The translations under genes and the position numbers were made by a program. The notes beneath the pieces are model-generated. The model was not told where the DNA came from and searched no databases. It worked only from the letters and a program-made list of their open reading frames with translations. Source: Octopus vulgaris (Eukaryota). From it: a stretch of DNA of 64,000 bases. The stretch lies in NCBI GenBank assembly GCA_951406725.2, contig OX597827.1, positions 58,528,001 through 58,592,000 on the forward strand. Reading direction: 5' to 3'. Shown piece after piece: positions 37,801-51,600 of this stretch; within the stretch, counting starts at the first letter, position 1, and the number at the start of each line of letters is the position of its first letter.

Positions 37801-40800
37801 AAAGCATATGCAGTAATGTACAAATGTCTGGAAAGTGAACAGTGTATGAGTCAGATACATGCTTGTGTGTGTATGGAGGGGAGAAAATCAGGTGTAGTGT
37901 TGGTGAATCTCAGGAAGCATGGAAGTTTTGAAGGATGCAGTGCTCTGACAACTAACAACTGATGCCAGCAGTTTGTTCCATATTTCAGCAACTCTTAGCA
38001 TGAAAAAATGTTTCCGAAAGTCATGGGAGCTGTGCTGTTTTCTTACTTTGTAAACATGTCCACGGGTGTTAGACAAGCGGAGTTTGAAAAAGTACTCAGT
38101 TATTGTTAGTAAGATGGTTAATAATTTTTTTTTTTAATGATGATAATAATTAAAGCATCCATCTGTTTAAAAAACAGTAACTTCAAAAGATGTGTAAGTA
38201 TAAAAAAATTACAGAAACATGCTGACTGAGAACAACTGATGTGAATTGAAACCATAATCTCACAGTTGTGGGTGCGACACCCTAACCACTAGGAAAAAAT
38301 TCTAGTATGGTAAAATGGGATGTAAAATGCATATATAAATTCAGTATTAGCATAATTTGTTGTATAGGTATTTTTTGTGTCTGAAATATTTTCTAAATTT
38401 AGTAATTTTTTACTTTGCAGTTTGATGTCACAGATACCATTATTCGAGACGATGTGTTCAAAACCCATCGTGGGGCTCAAGTGAGCTATGCAAATAGTCT
38501 GATCATGCTACTTAATATCCTGATTGGAGTTCTCCACCAATTTGAGAGGTAAGCTATATTTATAATTTGGATGGCACCTTGGGCAAGTGCCTTGTATGTT
38601 TGCCTAAGGCCAACCAAAGCCTTGTGAGTGGATTAGTTAGATGGAAACCTGAAGAAGCCAATCCTCTGCGCGCGCGAGTGTGTATGTGTGTGTGCATGCA
38701 CACATGTGTGTATGTATGCATACATGTATGTGCACATGCATACATCTCCTTGTCTTGATGTCATGTGATAAATTTAAATGACCATATCGTTCATTTCCAT
38801 TCTTCCATAAAAAACATGTCTAGCCATGGGGAGAAGTATTACCTTGCTTGAAAATGAGCAAGGGTTGATGACAGAAAGAGCATCCATCCATCAAAAATCT
38901 GCCTCAACAAGTTCCGTCTGATCTATGCAACCATGGAAAATTGAACTTTAAACTGATGGTGATAGCTACATATTCTAACAGTTTCTTTTTTTTTTTTGTG
39001 CCCCAAGGCGCATCATTTTTTTAATTTTAGTTTGCCTAGATGATGACAGATTCCACTGCTATCTCTTCTTAGTTGATTGCTTAGCAAAAACATCTAGACT
39101 TTAAAAACAAGTTTTCTGACACAAACCATCACTCTGAAGCTAGGATGGAAAAATAAAAATGAATCCAAAGTGATTGAAAAATACAAAGTTTATCATCATC
39201 ATCATCATCATCATCATCATTTAACGTCTTGTTTTCCATGCTGGTATAGGTAGGATGGTTTGACCAGAGCTGGTAAAATCAGGGGCCACACCAGGCTCCA
39301 TTGTCTGTTCTGGCATGGTTTCTACAGTTGGATGCCCTTCCTAACACCAACCACTCCACAGAGGGTACTGGATGCTTTTAATGTGGCACCAGTACCTGTA
39401 TCAATTCAACTGTGGCAGACAGGTCTTCTTGAGTACTGTTGTGGCAGACAATTATGCCTCAGTTGTTCTATTCTGCTGAATATAAATTTGTTGTTTGTGT
39501 TACCAGTTTTGGGTTATTCGATTTATTTTACAATCCATGTTCATTTGCAGTTGTTATGGTTTTCCAAATAGAAAGAATTAAAGGGGTATATTCTAGTACC
39601 TGCTGATGTGTCTCTATGACTTACAAGAATAAGCTGGATCTGTGTTTTGTTAGATTTCCTTTTTGTAGACACAGAATCAAGTTAGAAAGGTAATGTGGTA
39701 ATCGTTGCTCTGGGTAGTTGCACAGTACTTATAGCATCTAACGGATATTCGGTTGGGAATTACATCAGGTGATAGCCAAGATGTAATCATTATTTTACTT
39801 CAAATTCCAGAATTTCTTAACCTCTGTATTATTCTGGTTTATTTGAACTTACTCTCTTATTTAGATGGCATCCTAACATTCTCTCTGGACTGTAAAATGT
39901 ATCGATAATTTAGTGTTCTGATATCTCTTGTCATCCATCCTTATTAACTCGTTTATAAATTATTTAGAACCACTCTGATTATTTTGTTTGTTTCATGTAG
40001 GTTCAGCACCTTACTATTGAGTTTTTCCCCTTTGGTAACAATTGTGAGATGGTTGGGGGAGGGATGTTTCAATGCTTTGAAAGGACACTGCACACCATCA
40101 TGCCAGCAATGGAAATAGGAATGCATAATCCTCCAGCCTAGATGCAGTCAACTCATTTATAGTGGTTGTTTATCCATGAACTGTCGTAGAAGTAATCCTT
40201 TCTACTATAGGCACAAGGCTTAAAATTTTGGCGGAGGGGGCTTGTTGATTACATCAACCCCAGTACTCAACTGATACTTATTTCATCGACCCTGAAAAGA
40301 TGAAAGGCAAAGTCGACCTCGACAGAATTTGAACTCAGAATGTAAAGATGGATGAAATGTCACTGAGCATTTTGCCCTGTGTGCTAACAATTCTGCCGCT
40401 CACCAATAATAATAACTAAGTTCTTTTACTAAATTCTTTGTTATATTTAAAATTAAATGAAAGACACACAGAGCATCTCAACAGAAATATAGTAACAAAA
40501 AGGTTAAACAATCATGTTGTTGATGATTGGTTAGAAAAGTCTGTCTAATTGTGAATGACCTTCAACCAACACAATATGTATACAAAAATCTTCATACTTT
40601 TGTCAAAAATCCCATCGGGCAAAAAGTCATATCTATGCTAATCTGGAAATAGCAAATATTTTAATTGTTGTTGTTGTTTGTTTTTCTTAGTGCTTTGAAA
40701 ACATGCAGTGTGGAATTATTATTGAAGATTAGTACTCTGGTACCAGAAATGGCCATTCATGAAAAGGCTCTTGATTATTTTATTGACATGTTGAGGAAAG

Positions 40801-43800
40801 ATCAGGTAAGTTATATTGACATCTATTTCATATTTTACATTGGTTTTCTTTTATTCTTTCACCCTTTTACTTGTTTCACTCATTGAATTGCAGCCCTGTT
40901 GGGGCACTGCCATGAAAGGTTTATCAAATGAAATTGACTCCAGTGCTTTTTTATGTGTGCAACTTATTCTATTGGTGTCATTTGCTGAACCACTAAGTTA
41001 CAAGGATGTGAACAAACCGACACTGGCTGTCAAGTGGTAGGAGGACAATGACATGCACACACATACATATATGCCAAATTCACTCACAAGGCATTGGTCT
41101 GTTCAGAGCTGTAGTAAAAGACATTTAGCAAAGATGCTTCGCAGTGGGACTGAACTCAAAACCATGTGGTTGGGAAGCAAGCTTCTTAACCATACAACCA
41201 TAACAGAAATAAAGCACCAATGTTCACAGTATTTATTTTTGTCTCTCGTTCTGAGCTTCAGATCACATCAAGTTCTGATCTTGCATTTTATCTGATTTCA
41301 AACCTTGCTCATCTGTTAAATGATGCTGAAGTTTATATTTCTCACTGACAAAAGTTGGTTTTGTACCTCAGCTTATTTAATTCTTACAGTTGTGATAAAT
41401 AACACTCTGTTCCCGTTTGTAATCAGAAATATCTCCCAATGGATTATTAGCTCCATGGATTTTGACAGAGATGTGAAATTAAAATTTGTAATACTCATTG
41501 TCATTCCAAAGGGCATTGACAATATAAAAGGAGTGAATTAACCACAATCAGGGAATTGAAACGGTTCTAGATGTGGTTTGCTGAATGATTACTGCACACC
41601 AGGCATTGGAAACCTTTTTTTTGAGAAATGGGCTTCATGAGGCATGGCTGGTCATCAGATGGGCTGTACTACTAAAATAGAATTCCAAGTAACTTTGTTT
41701 CAGAAATAACTGTCATTATTAAGCTGGTGCTTAGAACTTAGATTAACATGAAACTTAGATAAATGGTTTTAATTTTGATCATTTCAAACAGGAGATTTTT
41801 ATTATAGAGCCAAGGGCTGTCTCTGGCAGATTAGTATCAAAAAGGTTTAAATATTTAAATTTGCTAGTTTAAATCTTTAGCATTTAAACCTCCATATCTG
41901 GGCCAGATATTTTACCTGTTTTATGTTCAAACTGGCCAGATCCAGCCTCTCACACCTACCTTACAATGTTATTCTAAAAATGAACAATCACATCATTGAA
42001 ACTTCAAAACTACAAGATAATGCATGAATAATTCAAAACAATGTTGATAAATCAGCATTAATTTTGACAGAGTAATCTGAATGTTTACGAGTTAGAAGTT
42101 TTTTATGTTTTTGTACTTTAATCTCACAACTGAATCCAACTTTAAATTCTTATAATTTCTGCCAATTATCTTTCAAGCTGGATGAAACTGTTTCGATGGA
42201 TTTTCTGGAGAAAAGCTTAAATTACTTCCAGGTAAGTTTTAAAATGTTGTTTCCATCCGTGTTTAAGTTGTGGAATTCAATTTATTTTACATAAATTTAA
42301 TATTGCCAATTTCCAAATACCCATTAACACTAGGACATGCCTGACTTTTGATCTTTTTTTTGTTTTCTTTTTTCCAGCAACTCTATAGTGTCCATCTGGT
42401 GAATGAAAAAGTAAATTGTACTCATTTGATGGCAGACCAAGTGAAACTGGCACTGAGTTCTTGTGATTCTATCCAAGTGGATATTACTCGCCTTAAGATG
42501 CTTTTGCAGGTATATTATGTTCAACTTATTTTTTTTAAAATTTAAATATTTTTTATTTCTTCTTTTTTTTTTTGGTGGGTGGGAATTGTGTTGTTTCATT
42601 CTTAGTGATGATCTAATCTTTAATTTTTGTTTGTTCTTGTGTTTCCAGCCTGGTGAAGAGAAGAGTGAATTTTCTATATTGCTGAGAGATTTAGAGACTT
42701 GTAATAATGACACACGAATGTGTGCAAAAAAGGTAAGAACTAATAGTGTGTGTGTGTGTGTATGTCTGTCTTCATCATCACTCTTTAACATTTGTTTTCT
42801 ATGCTGACATGGGTTGGACAGTTAGACGAAAGTTGACAAGCAGGTGAGCTGCACGAGGTTCCAGCTGGATGCTCTTTCTTATACCAAGTGTGTGCTGGGT
42901 GCTTTTAACATGGCACTGGCATGAGCATTTCTATGTGGTGCTGGCACAAATCTCTTGCAGGTTAACCCGCTTCATCACGGGGAGTGGTATTATTATTGCT
43001 GCCCCCTCGTTATCGAGTATGGCCATTGCACAAAGCTTAACTGTTACTGGTGCTGTGATCAAATGTGACTTTTTAGCCCAGCTAAAGATCTACAATATCT
43101 TGTACAGAATTGGCAACTAAAACCTTTACCGGTAATAGGATTGTGCATGAGGGGACAGCCACTTTTGAGAAATCTCGAGTTGCACATGAGAAAATAAGGA
43201 GGGATGTCAGGAAGGGCATCGCTGTTCCTTTGATGCTGACATGCAATGTCTGTGCAAGACCCTGCCTCAGTAAAGCTGGACTCAAGAGTCATCTTCGTCG
43301 TCATAAAGCGAGACAGATGAGTGAGATATATATATATATATATACTTTATTTTAAGCAGCAGAAAATTCAACAAAATCTGTTACTCTGAGTTTCTCGTTG
43401 CCGTTCATCAGACAGTTTATTTTTGAGAAATCTCGAGTTGCACATGAGAAAATAAGGAGGGATGTCAGGAAGGGCATCACTGTTCCTTTGATGCTGACAT
43501 GCAATGTCTGTGCAAGACCCTGCCTCAGTAAAGCTGGACTCAAGAGTCATCTTCGTCGTCATAAAGCGAGACAGATGAGTGAGATATATATATATATATA
43601 TACTTTATTTTAAGCAGCAGAAAATTCAACAAAATCTGTTACTCTGAGTTTCTCGTTGCCGTTCATCAGACAGTTATATATATATACACACACTTGTATG
43701 TATTTATTAATGTTTGTTTTTATCCCAAGTTATTTATAAAAACAATTTTACATTGGACTGAAGGATTACTCAATACTTTTTAATAGAGTACATCTTTATA

Positions 43801-46800
43801 AAGTTTCAGTAGGGATGGAAGTCAAAACTTCAAAGTTACTGTTAACCTCCTCATTTGGGCTCCATCTCTTGTCATGCAAGTTAACATTACACTCCAACAA
43901 ATCATAATCATTTAAGAAAAAAAAATTTTTTTTCAAAAGATATTGAATATAATTGATAATTGACAACTATTTAATTGAATGATCATTAACCTTAGATTAA
44001 AAAATTTTTTACTGTGTATACATTTCTATAATTTTGGAACTGTTTTCTTTTTTTTTTTTCTAAGATCCGGAGACGACTTCCTCAAAACGATGGCAGCTCA
44101 ACTGCCTCACCATTGATGTGTCCTAAAGAGGTAAGTTTTTTTTAATTTCTCTTTAATGCTCTCTGTGTGTTTGTTATTGCGGTACAATTTCATGTTTCTG
44201 TGAATTGTTGTATGCCCTCTCACTAACCACTTCACTTTGATTTGAGAATGACACCTGTTTTTAAGTTTGCTGGTCAGGCTGAAGTGGGTAAATTCTCGTG
44301 ACCTACTTAAAGTCACAAAAATGAGCTACAGCAAGTTTTAAACCTGTGACCTTGCTGCTTAATCAGTCATTATGTACTTGTATGATGGTTTCCATCTACC
44401 AAATTTACATTGATCAGCCCAGGGCAGTAGTGCAAGACACTTGCCCAAGGTGCTGCATAAGTAAAACTTGAACCTGAAACCACGTGATTACAAAGTGAGC
44501 TTGTTAACCACACATACCATAGAAATGTATAATCCCTTCTTTAAAATGTTTTTTGTTGTTTATCTACAGATTCAAAACATTCTACTGGACTGTGGAATAA
44601 ACATCGTACGTGTATCAAAATCCCTGCACCATGTTGCACTTGGTGCCATGGTACAGGAAGCTGTACTCTCAAGTAAGTAGCCCAACTACAAGTTTTTCAC
44701 ATTATAATTCTTTGACACAACTATTCTCTTTTTCCCTTTCTTCAGATTCCACAGGTGGCCATTGCCAAGTACATCCATCCAGCTTTGAAACTTGATATGC
44801 CTTTCTTTGACAACATCCACACACTTACTGTTTCTGTTATGCATTACTGGGAGATCTATCTTAAGTAAATTATAGGAAGTGATTCTTTGGCTTTAGAGTT
44901 ATGCCCACCACCACTCGGTTAACAGCCATAAGATCATGAGTTCAGTTCTTGAACCAGGCAGTAATGCTGTATCTTTGAACAATGCACTTTATTTCATGAT
45001 ATTCCAGTCTATGCTACTGTAATGAGTACCAGCCAGGGTGGTACTGCCATCCTCACCCTTCAGCTGTCTCTTCCTAGTTGTTCTGTAGTATTTGTACTGG
45101 TTTTGAACATTGAAGTCTTTTTACCTATTTTATATTTTGTACCCATTGCAGTGGTATTATTAGTGTCAGGCAGGATACCTTGTGGCATCTATTCTGGCTC
45201 TTTGTGTCAAACTCAGATTCTGCTTCTTATAAACTACCTGCTTGTATTTGGAGGAAACGGGTACTTTAGGGCCTAGTTAATGATAATGACTTTCCAATGT
45301 CAGGTAGAGTGATGTGATATGTTGGAACATTTTGGCTGCATCAGTTAGAAAAAAGAAACAGTTGACCTTACATAAAGCAGGATAAATATAAGGAGAAAAA
45401 AATAAGAAAAAAATGGTTAAAGTGTGGGGCTGGCACGGCCATCTTACTTGACGCTGGCCCCATGAGACATGTCTCGTGGTGAGGCAAGTCACGTTACTTA
45501 AAAATTATAGGCAAATTTTTGTTTGGTGTACTATTTAGAAATTCCTGCTAGCTGCAGCTTGCCTATTAATGGTGTAATATATTATTTATGTGAATGTCAA
45601 GACCAAGGAAGGTCAAAATCACGTGATCTGTTGGTCTTGGTGCTGGATGTGGCAGGGATTTATCTCCCTGTTAGCAATATAAAGAATGCATTTTGCACCA
45701 AAAGCCAATATGAGAGTTTTCTCATGGTATCTACCACAGTATAGTTTGTTCCAACAGAACATCCACGTTTAAGTGGGGATAAATATTACCTCTCAGTATT
45801 AAAACTGTCTCTGTCACTAATATATATTTTTTAATAAGTTTACTGGGTAATCGCAACACTGTTTTGGCACTATCATTGGCAGAGATGTGAATTTGTGCTA
45901 TCTTTAGCAGTCAGGCATCTATCATTGATGAGACTAAGGAAGGTTGAAATTACGTGATCTGGTGGTCCTGGTGCTTGAGGTGCTGGCAGGGATTTATCTC
46001 CCCACTAGTGATATAAACAAGAGTGCATTTTGCACCAAAAGCCAAAATGAGAGTTCCTCTCATAGTATCTATTGCAGTATAGCTTGTTCTAATATAATGT
46101 CCATGTTTAAGTGGGGATAAATAATTATGTAATATAGAGAACTTAAGAAAAAAATGCATTGATCAACTGAGATTATTCAACAAATTCATAAACAAAACCT
46201 TGTAGTAATGTTGAAAATCAGAAGACTGCGTGTGTGTTTGTATGTAAAATGCATAACTGAGATTTAGGTGCTTAATCTTTCTTACCACATGGTTGCATTT
46301 TCATTCTTTACATAATACACATATTAAATTGTGCTGTTGAATAAAGTACATAACTCTGCTTGTAGTTACTCTCTTTACAGTTAAACCATATCTACCCACT
46401 TAGCAGTTAAATCATTAGCAATCAGTAAGGACATCTCTCTTCAAAAATCCCTTTCTCTGTTAGTGTGCAGAAGTTTATATTTACTAAAATCCATTATGTC
46501 AAAAAAAAAATTCAGTTAAAATAATTGGAAAAAAATATCCACACGAGCAAAGTAACAATGTTATATGAAATTATATTTTCCTGGTACCTTTTCTCTTAAA
46601 ATTACTGAAACAAATTGTGTTATATTAATGTAATTGTAGTGATTATTTTGGTGTGTGTGTGTAATATATATGTATATATATACATACACGAATAGAGTAT
46701 TTGATTTAAAGTGTAATCTATATATTTCTATCATTTTACAAACCTTTCTTATAATTTCAGTTTTACTATTTAGTTTCCTATCCTGCCATCATAAAAAAAA

Positions 46801-48650
46801 AATAAATTAATAAATAAATTAAATCAGAAGAGTAGCTTCAATCATTTTTATTTTCACTGTTTCATTTTAAGAAATATTTGTGGGGGAAAAAAATCAGTTG
46901 TTTATTTATTCAAATTTTTTCTTTTCACTCTTACAGCAGTCTTTGGTTTTTGTTTGAATCTGCAAATTACAATCCCCAACCTCTATTCACAACAGCACCA
47001 ATCAATAAATGAAAAGAGGTTCCCTTTACCAGCTTTTAATAGCTTGTGATATTGTTGCATGATATCCATTTAATCAAAATTGATTAATGTATTTAAATCA
47101 CCTGTAAAGAAAAGTAATTATTGAATTTTTAAAGCAAACGAATGAATGAAAATGTCCAGTAATTATTCTCTCCCTGTCATTTCCCTGTCATTATAATTGT
47201 TGGCAGTTTATTAAAAGCTTTTCTTTTTTGTAATTAAGACACTCATTATCTTTTTTTTTTAAAGTGATTTTGTTTCCTTGATGGCTTTTTTCCTTCTGTC
47301 GGCCTGTGCTGAAATTTAGTGTGCTTTTGTGCATGTTATATACATCTATATATATATATATATATATCATCTAAAGTATACATTTGCTTACATACAAGTA
47401 TACATATAAATAATACATATATGTTTAGATATGTATGTATAGGTATCTGTATCAATAAACACACATGCACACATACTCACACGTACGCATATCTCATTTG
47501 TTTCAGTGAATGAGGCTTCTGCCTATTTGATAGCAGAACTACAGATGTACCTTCATTACAATCATTTGGCACAATCAACATTATATTGTGTAATAAGAAT
47601 GAGTTTCGAAACCATAGTCAGTCCAGTTTCCTTCACAAGGCTTTGGGGGTTTATGCAAGGCTATATTAGAAGGAAATGTGCTACACAGAACTGCATGCTG
47701 GGAAGCAAACGCCTTAGCCTTTAATGGCTTCATGTGCTCATATATCTGTATATAAAATCTGGCACTTGGTAACAACGACAAGGGTTTTAGTTGATCTGAT
47801 CAACTGAACAACCTGCAAGTGGCTGAGCACTTCAGACAGGCATACCCTTAATGTAATTGTCAGGAAGATTCAGGGTGACGCACAGAATGTGACAAGGCGA
47901 GCCCTTTGAATTACAGCTACAACTCATTTTTGCCAGTCAAATGGACTGGAGCAACATGATATAAAGTGTCTTGCTCAAGGACACAACACACCACTGGAAA
48001 TCGAATTCATGGCCTTACGATCATGAGCTAAATGCTGTAACCACTAAACCAAATTCCTTCACTATATATATATATATTTTATATTAAGGGCATTACTATA
48101 CATAAATACCTCATGCTAGGAGGGACTTTTAAAGTCAAAACTACCATAATAAACATGTGTTTATTATGGTAATTTTGACTTTGAGTCCCTCCTAGTGTGA
48201 GGCATTTATGTATAGTAATGCCCTTAATATAAATATATATATTTAAAGGGAATAGTTAATAAATTTTTCCTTTATGAGGTTTTTCATGCTAACTACTTGA
48301 TAATTTCTTAGAAAAAAAACCATTTTGAAGGGCAATGACATCATCTGAATGACACCTAAAAATATTACATACACACATATATAAATATACATTAACGCAT
48401 ATTAAAAATACACACGCACAAATGCATACAGACCAAATATTTCTGCTTTGTCAGCCTGTTAATGTTTCAGATCTTCACATTTCTCCTGTTCAGGTTCAAG
48501 ACAACAATCCAAATCAGATGGTAAATCAATGCTTTATTTGTATTCTGTTTTGTAACCTTTCATTTTCTTTTATTTCTTAAAAAAAATTTTTTTTTGTTTC
48601 ATCTGTGTCCATTTCTTTTTCCACCCCTCCTCATACTATATATATATATT

Positions 48651-48697
<47 letters not shown>

Positions 48698-51600
48698 GTG
48701 TGTGTGTGTTTATTTGTATATGTGTGTATATACATATATCAATCATATATACACTCATGTACATATGTAAACACGACTACCATATCTGCTCACCTTAGCC
48801 TTATAACTTTTATTAACATGTTCCTTAGATTGACATCTGTTGTTAACTCTTTCTCCTCCAGGGTTAGATGTAATTGGTGGGCTGGAGTTTGAGGTAGAGG
48901 TTTTACATTTGAAGAAGTAGGGTGGGAAGAAAAAGCCAAGTTTGGGGGTCTTCACTAATGACTTGATGCTCTCTCTCTTGTACCCCCCCTTCTCGTGTCT
49001 CTTTGTTCCTCCCCTTCTAATATCTTTCACTATTACTCATGGTTTACTAGGCATTCCATTTTAACATTATACCATAATATTCACCTTTTCCTATCCTTTT
49101 GTTTTAATCTCATTAATTCATTGATTGGATTTAACAACTTGGGATGAAGTACCTCAGTGTTGTCACACATAAGAATAGAAACCACAAACCTCTTTTGTAG
49201 ATTAATGACTGTATGTATCTGTATGATCACACATTATATAGGCTAGGGTTTTGCACTCAAAGTTGTATGACCTTGGGTTCATTTCCTGGACCAGGAGCTG
49301 CGCTGTGTTCTTGAGCAAAACACTTCATTTCATGTTGCTCCAGTCCACTCAACTGTGACAGACTGGCATCCTGTTTAGGGGCTGTGTCATGATTTCCTTT
49401 GTTTATACATCATAGGCCTACCCACCTAGCTACTGAAAATTTGAAAGCTACCACAATGCAAGAAAGCAGTTTGTGTTGGTTTTATTCACACCAGGTACCA
49501 ACACTGATGTGTGTGTGTATGTGTTCTCAAAAGGATGATGCCATATCATCTGAAGCACTATCAACTAAAATGAACATATTCGGTTATTTTTATACAACAC
49601 AATTGCACATGTTGGGTACAAATCTTTTTCTCCAGTTTGAAAATTGGTCACTTGCAGCCTAATTCTTTAAAAGGTTTCATATCTCTGAACAGCATTACCA
49701 GTTATGCTTAGACAGTATAGTTTTTGTTTGTTTTTTTCTTTTGGTTATTATCATCTTTTGGATAGTGTAAATATGATAATTTCTTTAGGGAGTTGTAGAA
49801 TGATTAAACAGTAATTCCACAATGCAAATGTTTTTTTTTGTTTTGCTTCTGTAGTAAAAACTTGAACATTGCAACTTGTGCACTTCAGGTTTTCCTTAAT
49901 TCTTAGGATTATTTTTCTATAAGAATCATCACCATCTTCCATACTGGCATGGATTGGGCAGTTTGACATTACCAGGCAAGTTCAAGGACTGTGCCAAGTT
50001 CAGTCTGTTTTGGCATGGTTTCTATGGCTGGATGCTCTTCCTAATGCCAACCACTTCACAAAGTGTACTGGATGCTTATATTATTCTTGTCAGGACTTGT
50101 GATACATCAGATTTTCTTATGAATCACTGAAACTTTTTGAATGCATCATAGAATAATTAGGAATCATTATATTGTGGTTTTGGTGAAGAGTTTTTAGAAT
50201 TTTGAACCTGTTATATGGTTTCAGTCCTGTTATTATCGCTGATGCCTTTGGGCAAGATAAACACCCCAGTCTCCCATTTGCTGTATCTTGTAAATATGTT
50301 GTCCATATTAAATATTATCATTTTTGTGAAATTATTAAAAACAGTGAATATTATAATTTAAAAAAAAAAAAGCACCCACAAACTCTCAGAGTGGTTGGCA
50401 TTAGGAAGGGCATCCAGCTGTAGAAACTTTGCCAGATCAGATTGGAGCCTGGTGCAGCCTTCTGGCTTGCCAGCCCTCGGTCAAACTGTCCAACCCATAC
50501 CAGCATGGAAAGTGGGCGTTAAATGACGATGAGGATGATAAGTTCACTTAATGGTAAAGAGTAAGCAGCTGATCCTGGATTATCTTGGATAATCACCTGT
50601 TTCTTATGCAAAGAAATATTTTTCTCTCGTCTTATTTCCACAACTCTTTGAACTAATCCTTAGTGTTTCAGACAATTTTATGTTAAGTTCTGCTATTAAT
50701 TTTATTTAGAAATGTTTGTCTCTCCTTGAAGGAAAAGAGCAATTTTGCTTTTAGTCATATGAAAAGGCAATCGTCATAATTGTACACTTACATTAGGGCA
50801 ACAAATTCTGTTGCATTTAGTGTCATACTGATTCTTCACATTCTTCTATGAATGTTGAACAAATTTCATTACTCTCAGTTCATTGCAAGCTTGGGCTAGT
50901 CTTTCTCACATGGCAGGGTGTCAGACTATTTTCTACTTTCCAAATGATACCAATATGAAAAGTATGTGTTTTTCTTTCACCTTTCATTCACTGAAAACGT
51001 CATGCGACGATCTTGTGGCCACTTCTGTACTAAGTTAATATGTAATCTTTCCGAGCATCGACAGTGTCATATGCTATATGGAGCATGTATTTAGTCTTTG
51101 ACACCCGGGGGGAAACAAATGTACATTACTGTACTTTCTTCAGCCTGACTAGCTTAGAAAAGTATAATTCATTTTCCATATTTAAGGGTTTGGCCTTTAA
51201 AGAGGTATGCTCTATGCTATTGCAAGTTCCTACTTTGTACAGTGTATGCTAGTATGCCCATGAGTGCATGTACGTGTATGTATAAGTGTGTGTCTATATA
51301 CACACAATGCAATATTTATGCATAATATGTATATACATAATATATATTTATGCATAATATGTATATACATATATATTTATATATATGTATATACATATAT
51401 ATTTATGCATAATATATATTTATGCATAATATATATTTATGCATAATATATATTTATGCATAATATCTATTTATGCATAATATATATTTATGCATAATAT
51501 GTATATACATATGTTTATGCATAATATGTATATACATAATATATATGTTTATGCATAATATGTATATACATAATATATATGTTTATGCATAATATGTATA

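Larger units (their letters stand above)
43163..43675. repeat. Near-perfect 258-bp direct tandem duplication
   Basis: 43163-43417 versus 43421-43675; one substitution seen (gcatcGctg versus gcatcActg). Confidence 0.95.

Noticed and set aside
43220-43305. C2H2 zinc-finger host gene exon
   Set aside because: The upstream FE..R...RK context matches the C-terminus of RTE LINE ORF2; there are no splice sites and only a single finger.
47507-47724. 72-aa ORF following a tttcag acceptor
   Set aside because: No phase-compatible donor; the 3' half runs into a decayed SINE.
48862-48893. Good acceptor (ttaac...ctcctccag) followed by [11 protein letters not shown]
   Set aside because: The available donors give 8- or 32-nt exons that break the phase-1 frame; no partner exon identified.
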